Source of the DNA: Thermoanaerobaculia bacterium
GTDB taxonomy: Bacteria; Acidobacteriota; Thermoanaerobaculia; UBA5066
Direction: 5' to 3'
Length of the DNA: 64,000 bases
Assembly (NCBI GenBank): GCA_963719225.1
Contig: CAVRAY010000001.1
Location: 1,664,001-1,728,000 of the forward strand
The translations under genes were made by a program, and so were the position numbers. Below the pieces are notes generated by a model. That model saw nothing but the letters and a program-made list of their open reading frames with translations, did not search any database and was not told where the DNA came from. Positions 18,481-29,807 of this stretch are shown in pieces; positions within the stretch are counted from its first letter, which is position 1, and the number at the start of each line of letters is the position of its first letter.

Positions 18481-19909
18481 GGATCGCCGCGCGGCCCTCG
18501 CGGTGACGGCGGCGCTCGTCGGGACCACTGCGCTCTGGCTGGTCGGGCCGTGGCCGTCGCGCGCCTCACGTGGAGGGGAGGAGCCCAACCGCACGTGGGT
18601 CGTCAAGCAGACCGATGTCCGAAGCGGGGTCTGGGCAATGGGCGAGCTGGCGGCGAGCCGCTCCGTGGTCGTCAAGAATCGCCTGCCTGGCGCAGATGGA
18701 CGGATCCTCTGGATCGTCGACGACGGCGCCGAGGTGAAGGAGGGGGACGTGCTGGTCCGCCTCGATTCGAGCGGTTTCGAGGCCGAGCTGGCGCGCCTCC
18801 GCGCGGAGCTCGTCGCCCAGAAGGCGACGGTCGAGGCCGCACGCCAAACCCGGCTTGGGGAGGCGACGCGGATCGAGCAGCTGAACGCCGTGGCCTCTTC
18901 AAAGGTGGCCGGCGCGAACCTTCGTCGAAAGACCCTCGAGCAGGGTGAGGGCCCGATGGAGGAAGGCAAGCTGCAGGCGGAGCTTCAGAAGGCCCAGGAA
19001 GAGGAGAAACGCTGGAAGGGCTACGTCGAGGACCTGACGAGAGTCCAGGAGTCGGGAAGAAACGTGGCAGGCGAGCTGAAGACGGCCTCGGAAAAGCTGT
19101 CCGAGCTTCGCGAGAAGACGGCGCTCGCGCGAAAGCAGCTCGAAGGCTTCAAGGAGTTCGTCCTCCCCGCCAGGCTCGAAGAGGCGCGCGTCGGCGTCGG
19201 CGACGCGGAGGCGGAGCGCCGCCGGAGCGAGGAAGCCGGGCGGTATGCCGTCGGACGGGCGGACTCCGAGGTCGAAAAAGCGCGGGCTCAGGTCTTTGCG
19301 CTCGAAGCCAGAATCCGGGATCTCGAACGGATCATCTCGGATGCCGCGATTCGGGCGCCGGGCTCGGGCCTCGTGGTCCTCCGCGAGAACAACATCGAAG
19401 GGCGCGCGCGCAAGGCCCAGGTCGGCGACCGCGTCTACCAGGATTTTCCCCTTCTCGAGCTGCCGGACCCCTCGACGATGGAGGTCCGGGCCCGTGTCCG
19501 CGAGCTGGATCTGGAAACCCTCCGGTCGTCCAAGGCCGGGGAGGTCCTCGTCGAGGCGGTCCCGGGCGAGGTTTATCGCGCCGAGCTCAAACAGATCGGC
19601 GCGCTCGCGCTGCGGCGGGATGGCGAGGAGGAGAAGTACTTCAACGTCAGCCTCACGATCCTGCGACCCGACGCCCGGCTGCGTCCGGGGATGACGGCGC
19701 GCGTCTTCCTGGTCCGCGAGGAACGGCGGGGGGTCCTCGCGATCCCGCGAGAGTTCATCGCGAACCGCGGCGGCCGACCCGTCAGTCAGGTCCGTGACGC
19801 GCGGGGAAAGCTCACCGAGAGACCGATCCAGCTCGGCGCCGAGGGGCGCATCCTGGTCGAAGTCCGGTCGGGGCTGAAGGAAGGCGACGTTGTCGTCGCA
19901 TGGCGCTGA
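18443..19909 (+). CDS. Efflux membrane fusion protein (HlyD/MacA-like)
   Basis: DGAEVKEGDVLVRLD, IRAPGSG, LRPGMTA. Confidence 0.9.
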   Translation: MPWIARLRRLLTEDRRAALAVTAALVGTTALWLVGPWPSRASRGGEEPNRTWVVKQTDVRSGVWAMGELAASRSVVVKNRLPGADGRILWIVDDGAEVKEGDVLVRLDSSGFEAELARLRAELVAQKATVEAARQTRLGEATRIEQLNAVASSKVAGANLRRKTLEQGEGPMEEGKLQAELQKAQEEEKRWKGYVEDLTRVQESGRNVAGELKTASEKLSELREKTALARKQLEGFKEFVLPARLEEARVGVGDAEAERRRSEEAGRYAVGRADSEVEKARAQVFALEARIRDLERIISDAAIRAPGSGLVVLRENNIEGRARKAQVGDRVYQDFPLLELPDPSTMEVRARVRELDLETLRSSKAGEVLVEAVPGEVYRAELKQIGALALRRDGEEEKYFNVSLTILRPDARLRPGMTARVFLVREERRGVLAIPREFIANRGGRPVSQVRDARGKLTERPIQLGAEGRILVEVRSGLKEGDVVVAWR

Positions 19910-20591
19910 GCCGGCGCCGAGCGGAATTCTCTGTCGCGTCGAGCAGCTCTCGCGGACGTTTCGCACCGCGACACGCGAGATCCCCGCGCTGCGGAGCGTG
20001 AGCCTCACGATCCTCCGAGGCGCGCGAGTCGGGATCATGGGCCCGTCGGGTTCGGGCAAGTCGACGCTGCTCGGGATTCTCGGCTGTCTCGACCGCCCTT
20101 CCTCGGGCCGTTACGTTCTGGACGAACAGGACGTCTCCGGGCTCTCGGACGACGCGCTCTCCGATATCCGGGCGGAGACGGTGGGGTTCGTCTTCCAGAG
20201 CTTCAACCTGATCGGGGAGCTCGACGTCCTGGAGAACATCGGCCTCCCGCTCGAGTACCGTGGCGTCGGCCGCGCGGAAGCCCTTTCGCGTGCAAAGGAC
20301 GTCGCGACGCGGGTCGGCCTCGGAGACAGGCTCGACCACCTGCCGGGGCAACTCTCGGGGGGCGAGCAGCAACGCGTTGCGATCGCCCGGGCCTTCGTCG
20401 GCCGGCCGAGACTTCTTCTGGCCGACGAGCCCACCGGCAACCTCGACTCGGAGACGAGCGCGGAAATCATCGGTCTCCTCCTCGAGCTCAATCGCGAAGG
20501 CGTCGCCCTCGTCGTCGTGACGCACAACGAAGAGCTCTCGCCGATTTTCCAGAGCATCCTTCGGATCCGGGACGGGCGCCTTGTCGCCTAG
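19890..20591 (+). CDS. ABC transporter ATP-binding protein (MacB/LolD-like)
   Basis: [33 protein letters not shown]. Confidence 0.95.
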   Translation: MSSHGAEPAPSGILCRVEQLSRTFRTATREIPALRSVSLTILRGARVGIMGPSGSGKSTLLGILGCLDRPSSGRYVLDEQDVSGLSDDALSDIRAETVGFVFQSFNLIGELDVLENIGLPLEYRGVGRAEALSRAKDVATRVGLGDRLDHLPGQLSGGEQQRVAIARAFVGRPRLLLADEPTGNLDSETSAEIIGLLLELNREGVALVVVTHNEELSPIFQSILRIRDGRLVA

Positions 20592-21828
20592 GCTCGCCGC
20601 AGGTCCGGCGCTGCGGCTGGGGCTCCGGCAGATTCGTGCCCACCGGCTTCGCTCGGCGCTCTCGGCGCTCGGCGTTCTTCTCGGGGTCGCATCGGTCACG
20701 ATGGTCGTCGCCGTCGGAGAAGGCACGCGGCGGGACATTCAGGCCCGGTTCGCCGCTCTCGGAACCGATACGGTCATCGTCACGAGGCGGGAGCTCTCGA
20801 GGGAGGAAGGGAGCGCGGGCCGCCGTCTCCACGAAAAGGGCCTGGCCGTGCGCGACGCGCTCGATCTTCCGCTCGCCTGCGAGGGCGTCACTGACGCGGT
20901 GCCCGAGGTCGAGGTCGATGCGGAGCTGGCCGAAGGCCGCAGCCGGGGCGGGCTCAAGGTGCTGGGGACCACGCGAGCGGGACTCAGAATTCGAGGCGTG
21001 GTCGCCGTCCAGGGCCGCCTTTTCTCGGAGGAAGAGGAGGAGGCGGGTGCGCGGGTGGCGCTCGTCTCCGAATCGCTCTGGAACAGGCTCGGCGGGTCGA
21101 CTTCGCCCGGCGCCCCTCTGGTCCTCCGTTTGTCACACGCGCTCCTCGAGGTGGTGGGTGTTTTTCGCTCGGCAGGGTCGGTCCCCGAAGAACTCACGGC
21201 CGTACGGTCGTCGGCCCCGGAGATCCTGATCCCCGTGCGCGCGACGGCGGGACTCGGGGCGGCCGCGGACGGAATTCGCGGAATTCTCCTGACCCGGCTC
21301 CTCGTCAAGCTGCGATCCGACGACGCAGACCTTCGCGCCGCCGCCGCCGTGGAGGACGCGCTCCTTCTCGCCCACGGCGGGATTCGGGACTTCTCGGTCG
21401 TCTCGCCCGTGCGCCTCCTGCGCGAAAGAGAAAAGGCGAGCCGGAGCCTTCGCTCCATGCTCACCCTCACGGGTGGAATCTCCCTGGTCGTGGGCGGGAT
21501 CGGGATCCTCAACGTCATGCTGGCGAGCGTGAGTGAACGGCGCCGTGAGGTCGGGATCCACCGCGCCCTAGGTGCCCGGCGCCGGCAGGTCCTCCTCCTC
21601 TTCCTGACCGAGGCCGTTCTGCTGACGGTCCTGGGCGGAGCGGCGGGAATGGCGTCGGGAGCGCTCCTTTCGGTCCTGGCGGCGCGCGTCGCGGGGTTTC
21701 AGGCCGCGATCTCGCCCGCCGTTCTCGGCATCGGCTTCGTGACCTCGGTCGCCGTCGGCATCGCCGCAGGCCTCTATCCCGCGATTCGGGCCTCGTGGAT
21801 GGAGCCCATGGACGCGATCCGCGCCTGA
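20581..21828 (+). CDS. ABC transporter permease (MacB/FtsX)
   Basis: [28 protein letters not shown]. Confidence 0.92.
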   Translation: MSPRLAAGPALRLGLRQIRAHRLRSALSALGVLLGVASVTMVVAVGEGTRRDIQARFAALGTDTVIVTRRELSREEGSAGRRLHEKGLAVRDALDLPLACEGVTDAVPEVEVDAELAEGRSRGGLKVLGTTRAGLRIRGVVAVQGRLFSEEEEEAGARVALVSESLWNRLGGSTSPGAPLVLRLSHALLEVVGVFRSAGSVPEELTAVRSSAPEILIPVRATAGLGAAADGIRGILLTRLLVKLRSDDADLRAAAAVEDALLLAHGGIRDFSVVSPVRLLREREKASRSLRSMLTLTGGISLVVGGIGILNVMLASVSERRREVGIHRALGARRRQVLLLFLTEAVLLTVLGGAAGMASGALLSVLAARVAGFQAAISPAVLGIGFVTSVAVGIAAGLYPAIRASWMEPMDAIRA

Positions 21829-21937
21829 CGGCCGGGAGCTCGCGCTCCGATGGGTGCGACTAAAATGTCCCACGTTGGCGGACCGGACGCGCATTCTCTC
21901 GCGATGGGAGCCCTCCGGTCGTCTGGACCCGTGACGA

Positions 21938-23905
21938 ATGGATCACCCTGATTCGCCGGTCTTCGACGAGAAATTCGAGTTCCTCGGCAAGCTCGGCGAG
22001 GGCGGGATGGGCGCCATCTACAAGGTTCGCCACCGCCTGCTGAACCAGATCTTCGTCATCAAGATGATGACGCCCAAGTCGGAGGCGAGCCCCGAGCTTC
22101 AGAAACGGTTCCTTCGCGAGGCCCAGACCGCCACGCGCCTGAGGCATCCGAGCATCGTCTCCATCTTCGATTTCGCTCTTCGCGAGGACGGCTCGGCCTA
22201 CATGGTCATGGAGTACCTCGAGGGAGCGAACCTGGCGGACGCGTTGCGGCGCTGCGGCCCCATGCCCGTCCCGCTCATGCTTCTCGTCGCCGACCAGGTT
22301 CTCGCGGCGATGGGCTTCATGCACGAGAAAGGGGCGATCCACCGCGACATTGCGCCCGACAACATCATGCTCACGCGAGAGGAGGCGGGCTTCGTCCGGG
22401 CGAAGGTGATCGATCTCGGCATCGCGAAGATTCTCAACGCCGAAGAAGATCTGTCGGTCAAGAATGAATTCATCGGGAAGCTCCGGTACTCGTCTCCGGA
22501 GCAGCTCCAGCCGCGGAACCGCGCCGGAGTGATCAGCGGCCGGACGGACGTCTATTCGTTCGGCGCCGTCGCGTACGAGCTGATCACCGGCGTGAAAGCG
22601 ATGCGCGGAGACAACGTCCTCGCGCTGATTCATGCACATCAGACGGGCCAGATCGTTCCCTTCGACGAGAGCGATCCGCGGGGAAACGTGTCGCCGGAGC
22701 TCCGCGAGGTTCTTCTTCGGGCGATGTCGGTGAACCCCGATGATCGTTTCGCGACCGCCGAGGAGTTCCGGCACGCGCTCACGTCGATGCTCGAGGGAAA
22801 CCCCCTCGAGGACCCGGCTGCTCGCTCCTACATCCAGGCAGCCCTTTCCCTCTCACCCGACGATTACCTTCTCGTCGAGGGGAGCCCCCGTTTCGGGAGC
22901 GGCGCCCCTACGGGCGCGACGCGACCCCGCTCGCCGGCGAGCGATTCCGCCTCCAGGGCCGTGACCCGGCCAGCCCCTTCCGATGAGCTCGAGCCGACGA
23001 AGAGCACGTCCCCCCTCTCGGCACCGCCAGCGCACGACGCGCGGCTCCAAATCTCCTCTCACGCGCCGCCGGCGAAACGGTCCTGGCTCGCGATCCTCGC
23101 GCTCGTGGGTGGGGTCGTCGTCATTGCGGGAGCGCTGGTGGCGCTCTGGCCAGGCCGATCACGGCCGCCGACGCGCTCGCGAGACGAGACGCTCGCCCGG
23201 CTGCCAGAGCCGCCGCCCGCCCTGCCGACTCCCGTCGCGACGGCGGCAAGACCCTCGAGCACACCCGTTCCCGTCGCGACCCCGGCGCCTCGCCCGACCT
23301 CGACATCTGCACCGGCGCCTACGCGCGCTGTGATGCCGGACCGCAGGCCGACGCTCGTTGCTCAGGTCTTCAAGACTCACCGGCCGGAAAACCTGCGGCC
23401 GTTGGAAAGAACCACCCCTTCTGCCGTGTCTGCCGGAGATCAGCTCCTTCCGGCGAACACGCGCTTCTGTCCGCTCCTCGACGCGACGTATTACCAGCAG
23501 GGGATCGTGAAAGAGAAGCCGAAGGGTTTCGCTTCCGAGTCAGGCGAGTTCTTCCGGCGCGCCCGGGACGACGCGGGCCGGATCCAGATCCGGCTGTCGG
23601 TATCGCCAAAACAGCCCGCGGACGGAGACTTCTTCCAGATCGTCGGCGACGTCGTGAACGGCGGCGATCTCGGCCTGGTCATCGAGCGCGTCGAGGAGTC
23701 GTCGGTTTCAGCGGCCGAGGGCTACCAGAAGGTCTCGGGCTTGAGTCTCCCCCTCGAGATCCCGAGTGGGGGAGCGGCTCGGATCTACACCTATCGCGGC
23801 ATCATCTCCGGGCGAAGCCCGTTCGTGAAGGAGCTGCGGATCGTGGATTCGCGAGCCGATTCCTGGAAGACCGCAATACGATTTCGGGCTTGTCCAGCGC
23901 CCTGA
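21938..23905 (+). CDS. Hanks-type Ser/Thr protein kinase with TM, Pro/Thr linker and extracytoplasmic domain
   Basis: LGEGGMG, HRDIAPDN, DLGIAK, YSSPEQ, DVYSFG. Confidence 0.92.
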   Translation: MDHPDSPVFDEKFEFLGKLGEGGMGAIYKVRHRLLNQIFVIKMMTPKSEASPELQKRFLREAQTATRLRHPSIVSIFDFALREDGSAYMVMEYLEGANLADALRRCGPMPVPLMLLVADQVLAAMGFMHEKGAIHRDIAPDNIMLTREEAGFVRAKVIDLGIAKILNAEEDLSVKNEFIGKLRYSSPEQLQPRNRAGVISGRTDVYSFGAVAYELITGVKAMRGDNVLALIHAHQTGQIVPFDESDPRGNVSPELREVLLRAMSVNPDDRFATAEEFRHALTSMLEGNPLEDPAARSYIQAALSLSPDDYLLVEGSPRFGSGAPTGATRPRSPASDSASRAVTRPAPSDELEPTKSTSPLSAPPAHDARLQISSHAPPAKRSWLAILALVGGVVVIAGALVALWPGRSRPPTRSRDETLARLPEPPPALPTPVATAARPSSTPVPVATPAPRPTSTSAPAPTRAVMPDRRPTLVAQVFKTHRPENLRPLERTTPSAVSAGDQLLPANTRFCPLLDATYYQQGIVKEKPKGFASESGEFFRRARDDAGRIQIRLSVSPKQPADGDFFQIVGDVVNGGDLGLVIERVEESSVSAAEGYQKVSGLSLPLEIPSGGAARIYTYRGIISGRSPFVKELRIVDSRADSWKTAIRFRACPAP

Positions 23906-23946
23906 AAAGAGCGCAATAATGGAGGCTGGGCCAGAAAGGACGAAGA

Positions 23947-25410
23947 GTGAGAACCCGCCAGCCGAAGCCTCTTTCCCTTTTCACGGTCGGCACGTTCGGT
24001 GTGCTTTCTCTTGCCCCCGTGCCGGCAGACGCACAAGCCCCGACCGCGAGCCGGCTGAAGATCGCTCACGCGCCGCTGGAGTGCATCACCACTCAGGCGC
24101 TCCCGGTCGTGGAGGCCGCCGTGGCGCCGGAACCGGACCTCTCCATCGGAAAGGTCTACTTCCGGGCAGCGCAGGCGGGCCCGGATTACTACTACGTCGT
24201 GCTGAAAGGACCGCCAAAGCAGCTGGCGGGATTCATGCCGAGGCCGGATCCGGCGACCAAGGTCGTCGATTACTACGTCGAAGCCGCAGACAAGGCGAGC
24301 CTGAGGCGCCGCACGCCCGGCTATGCGCCGAAGGTCGTCGAAGACACGAAGTGCGAGCGGCGAAGGATGGCGGCCCCGATTCCGCTGGCGGGCGCGGGGC
24401 TGACGATCGGCCTCACCCGGGCCGGTCAGACGCCGTACCCTCCCGGCTTCAACAAGGCGGACATCGCAAAGGTCATTCTCGTGACCGGCGCCATCGTCGA
24501 GGCGGCGGCCGCCGCGAGCGGGGCAACGACCGCTGGCGTTGCCGCTCCTGCAACGGCTGCAGCGGCACCTGGGACGACCGGTACGAACGCCGGTGAGGCA
24601 GCCGGGCCGCCGGCCCCGCCGCCCCCTCCGCCCCCGCCCTCGGGAGGGATCAGCACCGGCCTCCTCGTGGGAGGCGGCGCGGCGATCGTGGCCGGCGTCG
24701 TCATCGCGGCCGGATCCTCGGGCGGATCATCCGGATCGTCGGCGACCTCCACCCCGACGAGCGCGCCGACACAAACGCCTACGCTGACTCCGACGCAGAC
24801 GCCGACGTTTTCGGCGACCTCACCAGGGGCCACCCCGACGAGAACGCCGACGACGACGCCGACCGTGGCGCCGACAAACACGCCGACGAGGACGCCGACG
24901 GCGGCGCTGACCGCGACGCCTACGGCGACTCCGACGCCGACGTCGACGCCGCTGCTGACCGCGACGCCGACGCGGACGCCCACGGCCACGCCGACTCCGA
25001 CCCCGACTCCGACGCGGACCCCCACGTGGACTCCCAGCGTGACGCCGACGAACACACCGGCTCCCGCCCCTCTCGTGTTCCGGGTGTCGTGGAGCGTCAA
25101 CACCGGCTGTCGAGACCTCAACCTTCAGGTCTTCGATCCCTTTGGGGGGCTCCTCGTCCCGACGACGAACGTCAACCAGAACTGCGTGAGCTGCGTACCG
25201 AGCCCGTTCGAGGAGGTCACCATCTCGAAGCCCGTCTCCGGAGGCACCTATCGCTACGTGGCCATGGACGTCTCCGCGCCGACGTGCAACTGCAGGGCCG
25301 GCTCGATCCCGTCTCAGTTCACCGTGTACAAGTCGGGCCTCATCGTTCAAACGTTCACGTCGGCTTCATCCTGCGGTACGACCACGGAGGGCTTCTCTTA
25401 CACTTATTGA
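23947..25410 (+). CDS. Secreted/membrane protein with long Pro-Thr repeat linker
   Basis: Signal peptide; (TP)n tract at ~24745-25065; Cys-containing C-terminal domain. Confidence 0.8.
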   Translation: MRTRQPKPLSLFTVGTFGVLSLAPVPADAQAPTASRLKIAHAPLECITTQALPVVEAAVAPEPDLSIGKVYFRAAQAGPDYYYVVLKGPPKQLAGFMPRPDPATKVVDYYVEAADKASLRRRTPGYAPKVVEDTKCERRRMAAPIPLAGAGLTIGLTRAGQTPYPPGFNKADIAKVILVTGAIVEAAAAASGATTAGVAAPATAAAAPGTTGTNAGEAAGPPAPPPPPPPPSGGISTGLLVGGGAAIVAGVVIAAGSSGGSSGSSATSTPTSAPTQTPTLTPTQTPTFSATSPGATPTRTPTTTPTVAPTNTPTRTPTAALTATPTATPTPTSTPLLTATPTRTPTATPTPTPTPTRTPTWTPSVTPTNTPAPAPLVFRVSWSVNTGCRDLNLQVFDPFGGLLVPTTNVNQNCVSCVPSPFEEVTISKPVSGGTYRYVAMDVSAPTCNCRAGSIPSQFTVYKSGLIVQTFTSASSCGTTTEGFSYTY

Positions 25411-25467
25411 GGGCCAGCGAGCGGGTGTGGAACAGGGATTTGCTTCTCACATGCCGGATTCGACAGA

Positions 25468-25836
25468 ATGGCCGTCGTGAAGAAGAAGAAGCCGGACGTC
25501 GGGGACTCCGCGACGAAGGAACACCGAAAGGGAAACCGGGCCAAGGCGGTCATCCCCATCGGGGTCCGCGTCGGAGGGCGGCCGCTGACCGCGGGCTGCA
25601 CGCTCAACGTGGGCGAGGGCGGCGCGCTTCTCATCTGCTCGGAAGACTTCGAGATCGGTACGGAGATGCAGGTCACGAACCTCAAGTCGGACGAGTTCTT
25701 CACCTGCCGGGTGGTGCGGCGCGCCGGCTTCCACGAATCGGGCCGGTTCGGCCTCGGCGTGGAGATCCTGAACGCCGACGGGGAGGCCGCCGACGCCCCC
25801 TCGTCTCACGAGCGAGGCAGGAAGAAGCGCCCCTAG
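25468..25836 (+). CDS. PilZ domain protein
   Basis: RKGNR (RxxxR) and NVGEGG motifs. Confidence 0.75.
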   Translation: MAVVKKKKPDVGDSATKEHRKGNRAKAVIPIGVRVGGRPLTAGCTLNVGEGGALLICSEDFEIGTEMQVTNLKSDEFFTCRVVRRAGFHESGRFGLGVEILNADGEAADAPSSHERGRKKRP

Positions 25837-25863
25837 CCGCCCGATGGTCCGCGGGTCGGCACT

Positions 25864-27051
25864 TCAGGGGCGGACGGCCTTCGCCCGCGTTTTTTCCAGA
25901 AGCTTGACCTTCACGCGTTCCGCGTTCGCCTTGAAGACGCCGGCATTCGGGTCGCCGCGCTTTTCGCCGAGCTCTTCCGCCTTCTGGTAGCTCCGGAGCG
26001 CGTCTTCGAGCGCCCCGCTCCTCTCGAGCGCCTCGCCGAGGCTGTCGTGGACGTTCGCCGATTCGGGGTACGTCGCGGCGTTGTACCGGAAGAAGGTGAG
26101 CGCGAGGGGGATGTTCTGTCCGAGCGCCTGGTAACCGAGGCGGTTCATGGTGATCTCGGGCGGGGAGATGGTCCAGCCGAGACGCTCGCTGAGATCCGCG
26201 TACCGCTTCTTGACTTCGTCCAGCGTACCCACGATCCGCTCTGTCTCCGGGTTCACGGGCAGGGCCCAGCCCTCGAAGATCATCCGGAGCGCGGCGTAGT
26301 GGCTCCTCAAGACGACCGAGCCGTGGTTCTCGTCGGGATAGATCGCGCTGGCCCAGCGCAGCCCCTTCGACCTGGTTTTTCCGAGCGCGGACGAGAGCTG
26401 TCGGAGACCGTCCTTGAGGGCGGCCCCTTCGTCTCCGAGGGTGAAGAAGAGAGCGCGTGTCTTCACGCCGTCCCCCGAGAGGAACGGCGTCAGGAGCTTG
26501 AGCTCCTTGCCTCCGTCCCAGATGAGCCAGGGGCTGACCGCGATCACGGCCTGGAAGAGGCCAGGCCTGGCGCGCATCGAATGGAGCGCGAAGAGGCCGC
26601 CGGCCGAGTGTCCCGCGAAGATCCGGAAGGGGGCCGTGCGGTATCCGGCCTCGACGAACGGAATGAGCTCCTTCTCGAAGAAATCCAGGAACCGGTCCGC
26701 GCCTCCGCTCGTCGCGGAGCTCGGGTCGTGCGAAGGCGAGAGGTCGCGCGTGCGGTCGGTGTTCGTCACGCCCACGACGATCACGTCGGGCACGACGCCG
26801 GCTCGCGCGAGGAACCGGGCCGTCGCGCTCGTGTGCTCGAATTGCGCCTCGGCGTCGGTCAAGTAGAGGACGGGATAGACGCGGGTCGTGCGCGCGTAGC
26901 CGTCGGGCAGCGAAACGAAGACGGTTCGCTCCTCACCCATCACCTTGGAGGGAAACGGAAGGCGCTCGCCCCGCACGAGGGGAGTCCCCGCATGCGAGAC
27001 GGAAGCCGCGAAGACAGGGACGAGAACGAATTGGAGCAGGCGACGGCTCAT
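25864..27051 (-). CDS. Alpha/beta hydrolase (IroE/Fes-like esterase) with C-terminal TPR
   Basis: GHSAGG, YPVLYLTD, YPESANVHDSLGEA. Confidence 0.88.
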   Translation of the reverse strand: MSRRLLQFVLVPVFAASVSHAGTPLVRGERLPFPSKVMGEERTVFVSLPDGYARTTRVYPVLYLTDAEAQFEHTSATARFLARAGVVPDVIVVGVTNTDRTRDLSPSHDPSSATSGGADRFLDFFEKELIPFVEAGYRTAPFRIFAGHSAGGLFALHSMRARPGLFQAVIAVSPWLIWDGGKELKLLTPFLSGDGVKTRALFFTLGDEGAALKDGLRQLSSALGKTRSKGLRWASAIYPDENHGSVVLRSHYAALRMIFEGWALPVNPETERIVGTLDEVKKRYADLSERLGWTISPPEITMNRLGYQALGQNIPLALTFFRYNAATYPESANVHDSLGEALERSGALEDALRSYQKAEELGEKRGDPNAGVFKANAERVKVKLLEKTRAKAVRP

Positions 27052-27120
27052 TTCCAGCCTCCGGCGTCGGGGGGTGATACGCCCCGCGCAAGCGGAAGTT
27101 GCCGCCCCCGAAGGGCCGGA

Positions 27121-27348
27121 TCAGCCCGCCTTCTCGGCCTTCACGTGGACGAGGTGGATCACCTTGCTCGCGCGTACTGCCGCGGTCGTGCCGAGCGGCA
27201 GGAAATCGTCTTCCTGGCGCGCGACGTACTTCGCGAACCCGTCGGTCACCTCGGCGACGTCGTCGAGCTCGTGGAACATCCCGAACTCGAGCGTTTCCGG
27301 CAGGCCCTCCACCGTGAGCCGAAAGGTGTGCAGGTAGTTGTGTTCCAT
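27121..27348 (-). CDS. Small hypothetical protein
   Basis: GGAGGG RBS before ATG 27348; 75 aa. Confidence 0.6.
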   Translation of the reverse strand: MEHNYLHTFRLTVEGLPETLEFGMFHELDDVAEVTDGFAKYVARQEDDFLPLGTTAAVRASKVIHLVHVKAEKAG

Positions 27349-27416
27349 GAGGGGCCCTCCACCGTCGATTGTCGCGCAGGACGCGATCCGGAGGCGGCGT
27401 CGTATCGTTACGGCGC

Positions 27417-29045
27417 TTGAAAGAGTCGTCAGGTTCCCTCCGGATCCCGCTCCTCCTCGCGGCGGCGGCGGCCGTGCTTTACCTCGTCGCCGCGGCCGGG
27501 CGCGATTTCTGGGCGCCCGACGAGCCCGATTTCGCCGAGCACGTGAGGGAGATGCTCGAGAGGAGAAGCCTCCTCCTGCCCTACCAGAACGGGAAGCCCT
27601 ATTCGGAGAAGCCGATCTTCTTCTACTGGGCGGTCGCGGCGACGACGCCGCTCTCGGGCGGCGACGTGAAACCGCTTGCGACACGCCTGCCTTCCGTCCT
27701 CGCGGGCGCGACGCTCGTCTTTTGCGCGGCCTCTTTTGCCGGCCGGCGCGGGGGAGATCGGGAGGCCCTCGTCGCGGGCGCGGCAACCGCGGTCGCGCCG
27801 ATCGTCTTCTGGCAGTCGCAGTTTCTGCAGGTGGATGCGCTCTTTTCCTGTTTTCTGATGCTCGCGCTTGTTTCGGTGTTTTTCTTAGAAGGTGAAGAGG
27901 GACGGCCCCGGGCGACGGGTTGGCTCTGGGCGCTGCGGGTGGCGCTCGCAGCGGCGGTCCTGACCAAGGGCCCGCTCGCGATCGTCATCCTGGGTCTGGT
28001 CGTCCTCGCCCGTTGCACGATGGCGAGGTCTTTGCGCCTGCTTGGCCGGCTGCAACCCTTTCGAAGCATCCTCGTCTTTCTTCTCCTGGTCGTCCCCTGG
28101 TACTTCTTCGCCGCGCGGGCCGGCGGGCCGGCCTATGCCTACGACCTGGTCGTGAACCAGAACTGGAACCGATTCTTCCGGGCGTTCGATCACATCCAGC
28201 CGTGGTGGTTCTATTGCGAGAGCATCTGGGGGGACTTCTTCCCGTGGACGGCATTGGCGCTCGCGGCGCCCTTCCTCCTCTCGCGCGCGGGCGTGCTTCG
28301 CGAAAGACCCGATCTGCGGTTCGCGACGACGGCCGTCGCCGTGACGTTCGTGTTCCTTTCGCTGTCCGGGTCCAAACAGGGGAAATACCTGCTCGCCGCA
28401 TACCCGTTCGCGGCGGTGATCGTCGCGGCTCTCGCGGGAGAGGCGGAGCGCAGGGCCCAGGCGGGGAAAAGCGGCCTTCTGCGGGTCGTGCGCGGCTGGG
28501 TCGCGTTCGCGGCGGTCCTTCTCTTCCTCGCGGCGGTGGCTCTCGCGCCGGTCATCCGGCGGCTCGCCCCCGAGCAGTTCGGCCTCGTGCCCTTCGGCGC
28601 TATCCCGATCGGCCTCGGCGCCGCCGCGACGATCGCCGTCCTCGTCTGGCGAAAACGCGAAGCGGTTGCCGGACTGCTCGCTCTCGCGGCGACCCTCGCG
28701 GCGGGGGAGGTCGTGGCGGGCGCCGTCGTCTTCCCGGCCATCGACACGCTGAAGACCGGAAGGCCCTTTTACGAACGCCTCCGGCCGCGCGTCTCTCACG
28801 GCGAGCCGCTCGCATACTTCGGCGGAACGTATCGCTGCTATCCCATCCTCGTGCTGAGGCGGAAGACCGAGCACTTCCGGGACGACGTCGCGCTCGCCCA
28901 GTGGCTCGAGAAGACTCCCGGAGGACTCGTCCTCGCCGACGAAAGCGAGCGTCAGCACTGGACGGACGCGCGCCTTTCCCGGCTCGTCGTCCTCGACCGG
29001 CAGCGCGTGGGCAGCGACGAGGCTCTCCTCCTGGGCAGGCCATGA
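27417..29045 (+). CDS. ArnT/PMT-like (GT83) membrane glycosyltransferase
   Basis: WAPDEP, YSEKP, LTKGP, HIQPWWFY, KQGKYLL. Confidence 0.88.
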   Translation: MKESSGSLRIPLLLAAAAAVLYLVAAAGRDFWAPDEPDFAEHVREMLERRSLLLPYQNGKPYSEKPIFFYWAVAATTPLSGGDVKPLATRLPSVLAGATLVFCAASFAGRRGGDREALVAGAATAVAPIVFWQSQFLQVDALFSCFLMLALVSVFFLEGEEGRPRATGWLWALRVALAAAVLTKGPLAIVILGLVVLARCTMARSLRLLGRLQPFRSILVFLLLVVPWYFFAARAGGPAYAYDLVVNQNWNRFFRAFDHIQPWWFYCESIWGDFFPWTALALAAPFLLSRAGVLRERPDLRFATTAVAVTFVFLSLSGSKQGKYLLAAYPFAAVIVAALAGEAERRAQAGKSGLLRVVRGWVAFAAVLLFLAAVALAPVIRRLAPEQFGLVPFGAIPIGLGAAATIAVLVWRKREAVAGLLALAATLAAGEVVAGAVVFPAIDTLKTGRPFYERLRPRVSHGEPLAYFGGTYRCYPILVLRRKTEHFRDDVALAQWLEKTPGGLVLADESERQHWTDARLSRLVVLDRQRVGSDEALLLGRP

Positions 29046-29755
29046 CGTCCCTCCGCGACTTCCTCGCTTTCGAGACAGATCCGGACCGCCACCCCGGCCG
29101 TCACGAGGTCGTGAACGCGACGCTCGAGCGCGGAAGCGAGCGGATCCCGGTCGTCGTCAAGAAGGTGCGGCTCGACCTCCGGCAGCGAATGACGACGCCG
29201 AAGGCCATGCGCTCCTTCGCGACGGCCCGTGCCCTTCTGGCCCGCGCGCTCGACACGCCTGAGCCCCTGGCCGCCGAGGTCGTGGGAGACGAAAGCTGGT
29301 ACGTGGCACGCCGGCTCGAGGGAGCGTCGCAGATCCGCGCCTGGTTCCTGCATCGCGACGACCCGAGGCGCCCCTCCCCGCCGTTGCCGTTTTCGTTCGA
29401 GGAGGTCGTCGCGGCCCTCGGAAGGCTCGGGCGGCGGATGCACGACGCGGGCGTGTTCTTTCGGGACTTCTCCGACGGAAACGTTCTCGTGACGAGCGAC
29501 GCCGGCCGCCTCCGGCTGTGGCTCGTGGACCTGAACCGCGCCCGGGTCGGCGAGGCTCCCGTCGCGCCTCTCTCGCGGTATCGGGACCTCGCGCGTCCGG
29601 GTCTGAACCGGCTCGAGGATCTCAACCTCCTTCTTTCCAGCTACTTCCTGCCCGAACCGCCTCCGTCGCGAGCGGTCCTCGCGGTACGCTGGCTCCGGCG
29701 AAGGGTCGTTTTGTGGGACGATTTCAAGGCCTTTGCGAGACCCTGGAGACGATGA
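29042..29755 (+). CDS. Lipopolysaccharide kinase (Kdo/WaaP/InaA family)
   Basis: MHDAGVFFRDFSDGNVL, LVDLNR. Confidence 0.8.
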   Translation: MTSLRDFLAFETDPDRHPGRHEVVNATLERGSERIPVVVKKVRLDLRQRMTTPKAMRSFATARALLARALDTPEPLAAEVVGDESWYVARRLEGASQIRAWFLHRDDPRRPSPPLPFSFEEVVAALGRLGRRMHDAGVFFRDFSDGNVLVTSDAGRLRLWLVDLNRARVGEAPVAPLSRYRDLARPGLNRLEDLNLLLSSYFLPEPPPSRAVLAVRWLRRRVVLWDDFKAFARPWRR

Positions 29756-29772
29756 AGGCTCGCGCGCATGCC

Positions 29773-29799
29773 GTAAACCGCGGGAGAGGAAAGTGCGTC
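29773..29799 (+). promoter_or_regulatory. Putative ECF-type autoregulatory promoter
   Basis: GTAAAC-N17-CGTC, 8 nt upstream of in-frame GTG 29808. Confidence 0.5.
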
Positions 29800-29807
29800 C
29801 AATCGGC

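Noticed and set aside
24745-25065. acgccg-type tandem repeats
   Set aside because: They encode a Pro-Thr linker; no spacers, not CRISPR.
26670-26690. Extra TTCTTCGAG-type match to the paired motif
   Set aside because: Explained by ordinary Phe-Phe-Glu codons and no convergent partner seen; not counted.
27920-29755. Apparent long ORFs or fusions (27920-29755, 37415-38737, 46431-49388, 54971-56419)
   Set aside because: Upstream extensions overlap other real genes; true starts are internal (29042, 38215, 47169, 55982).
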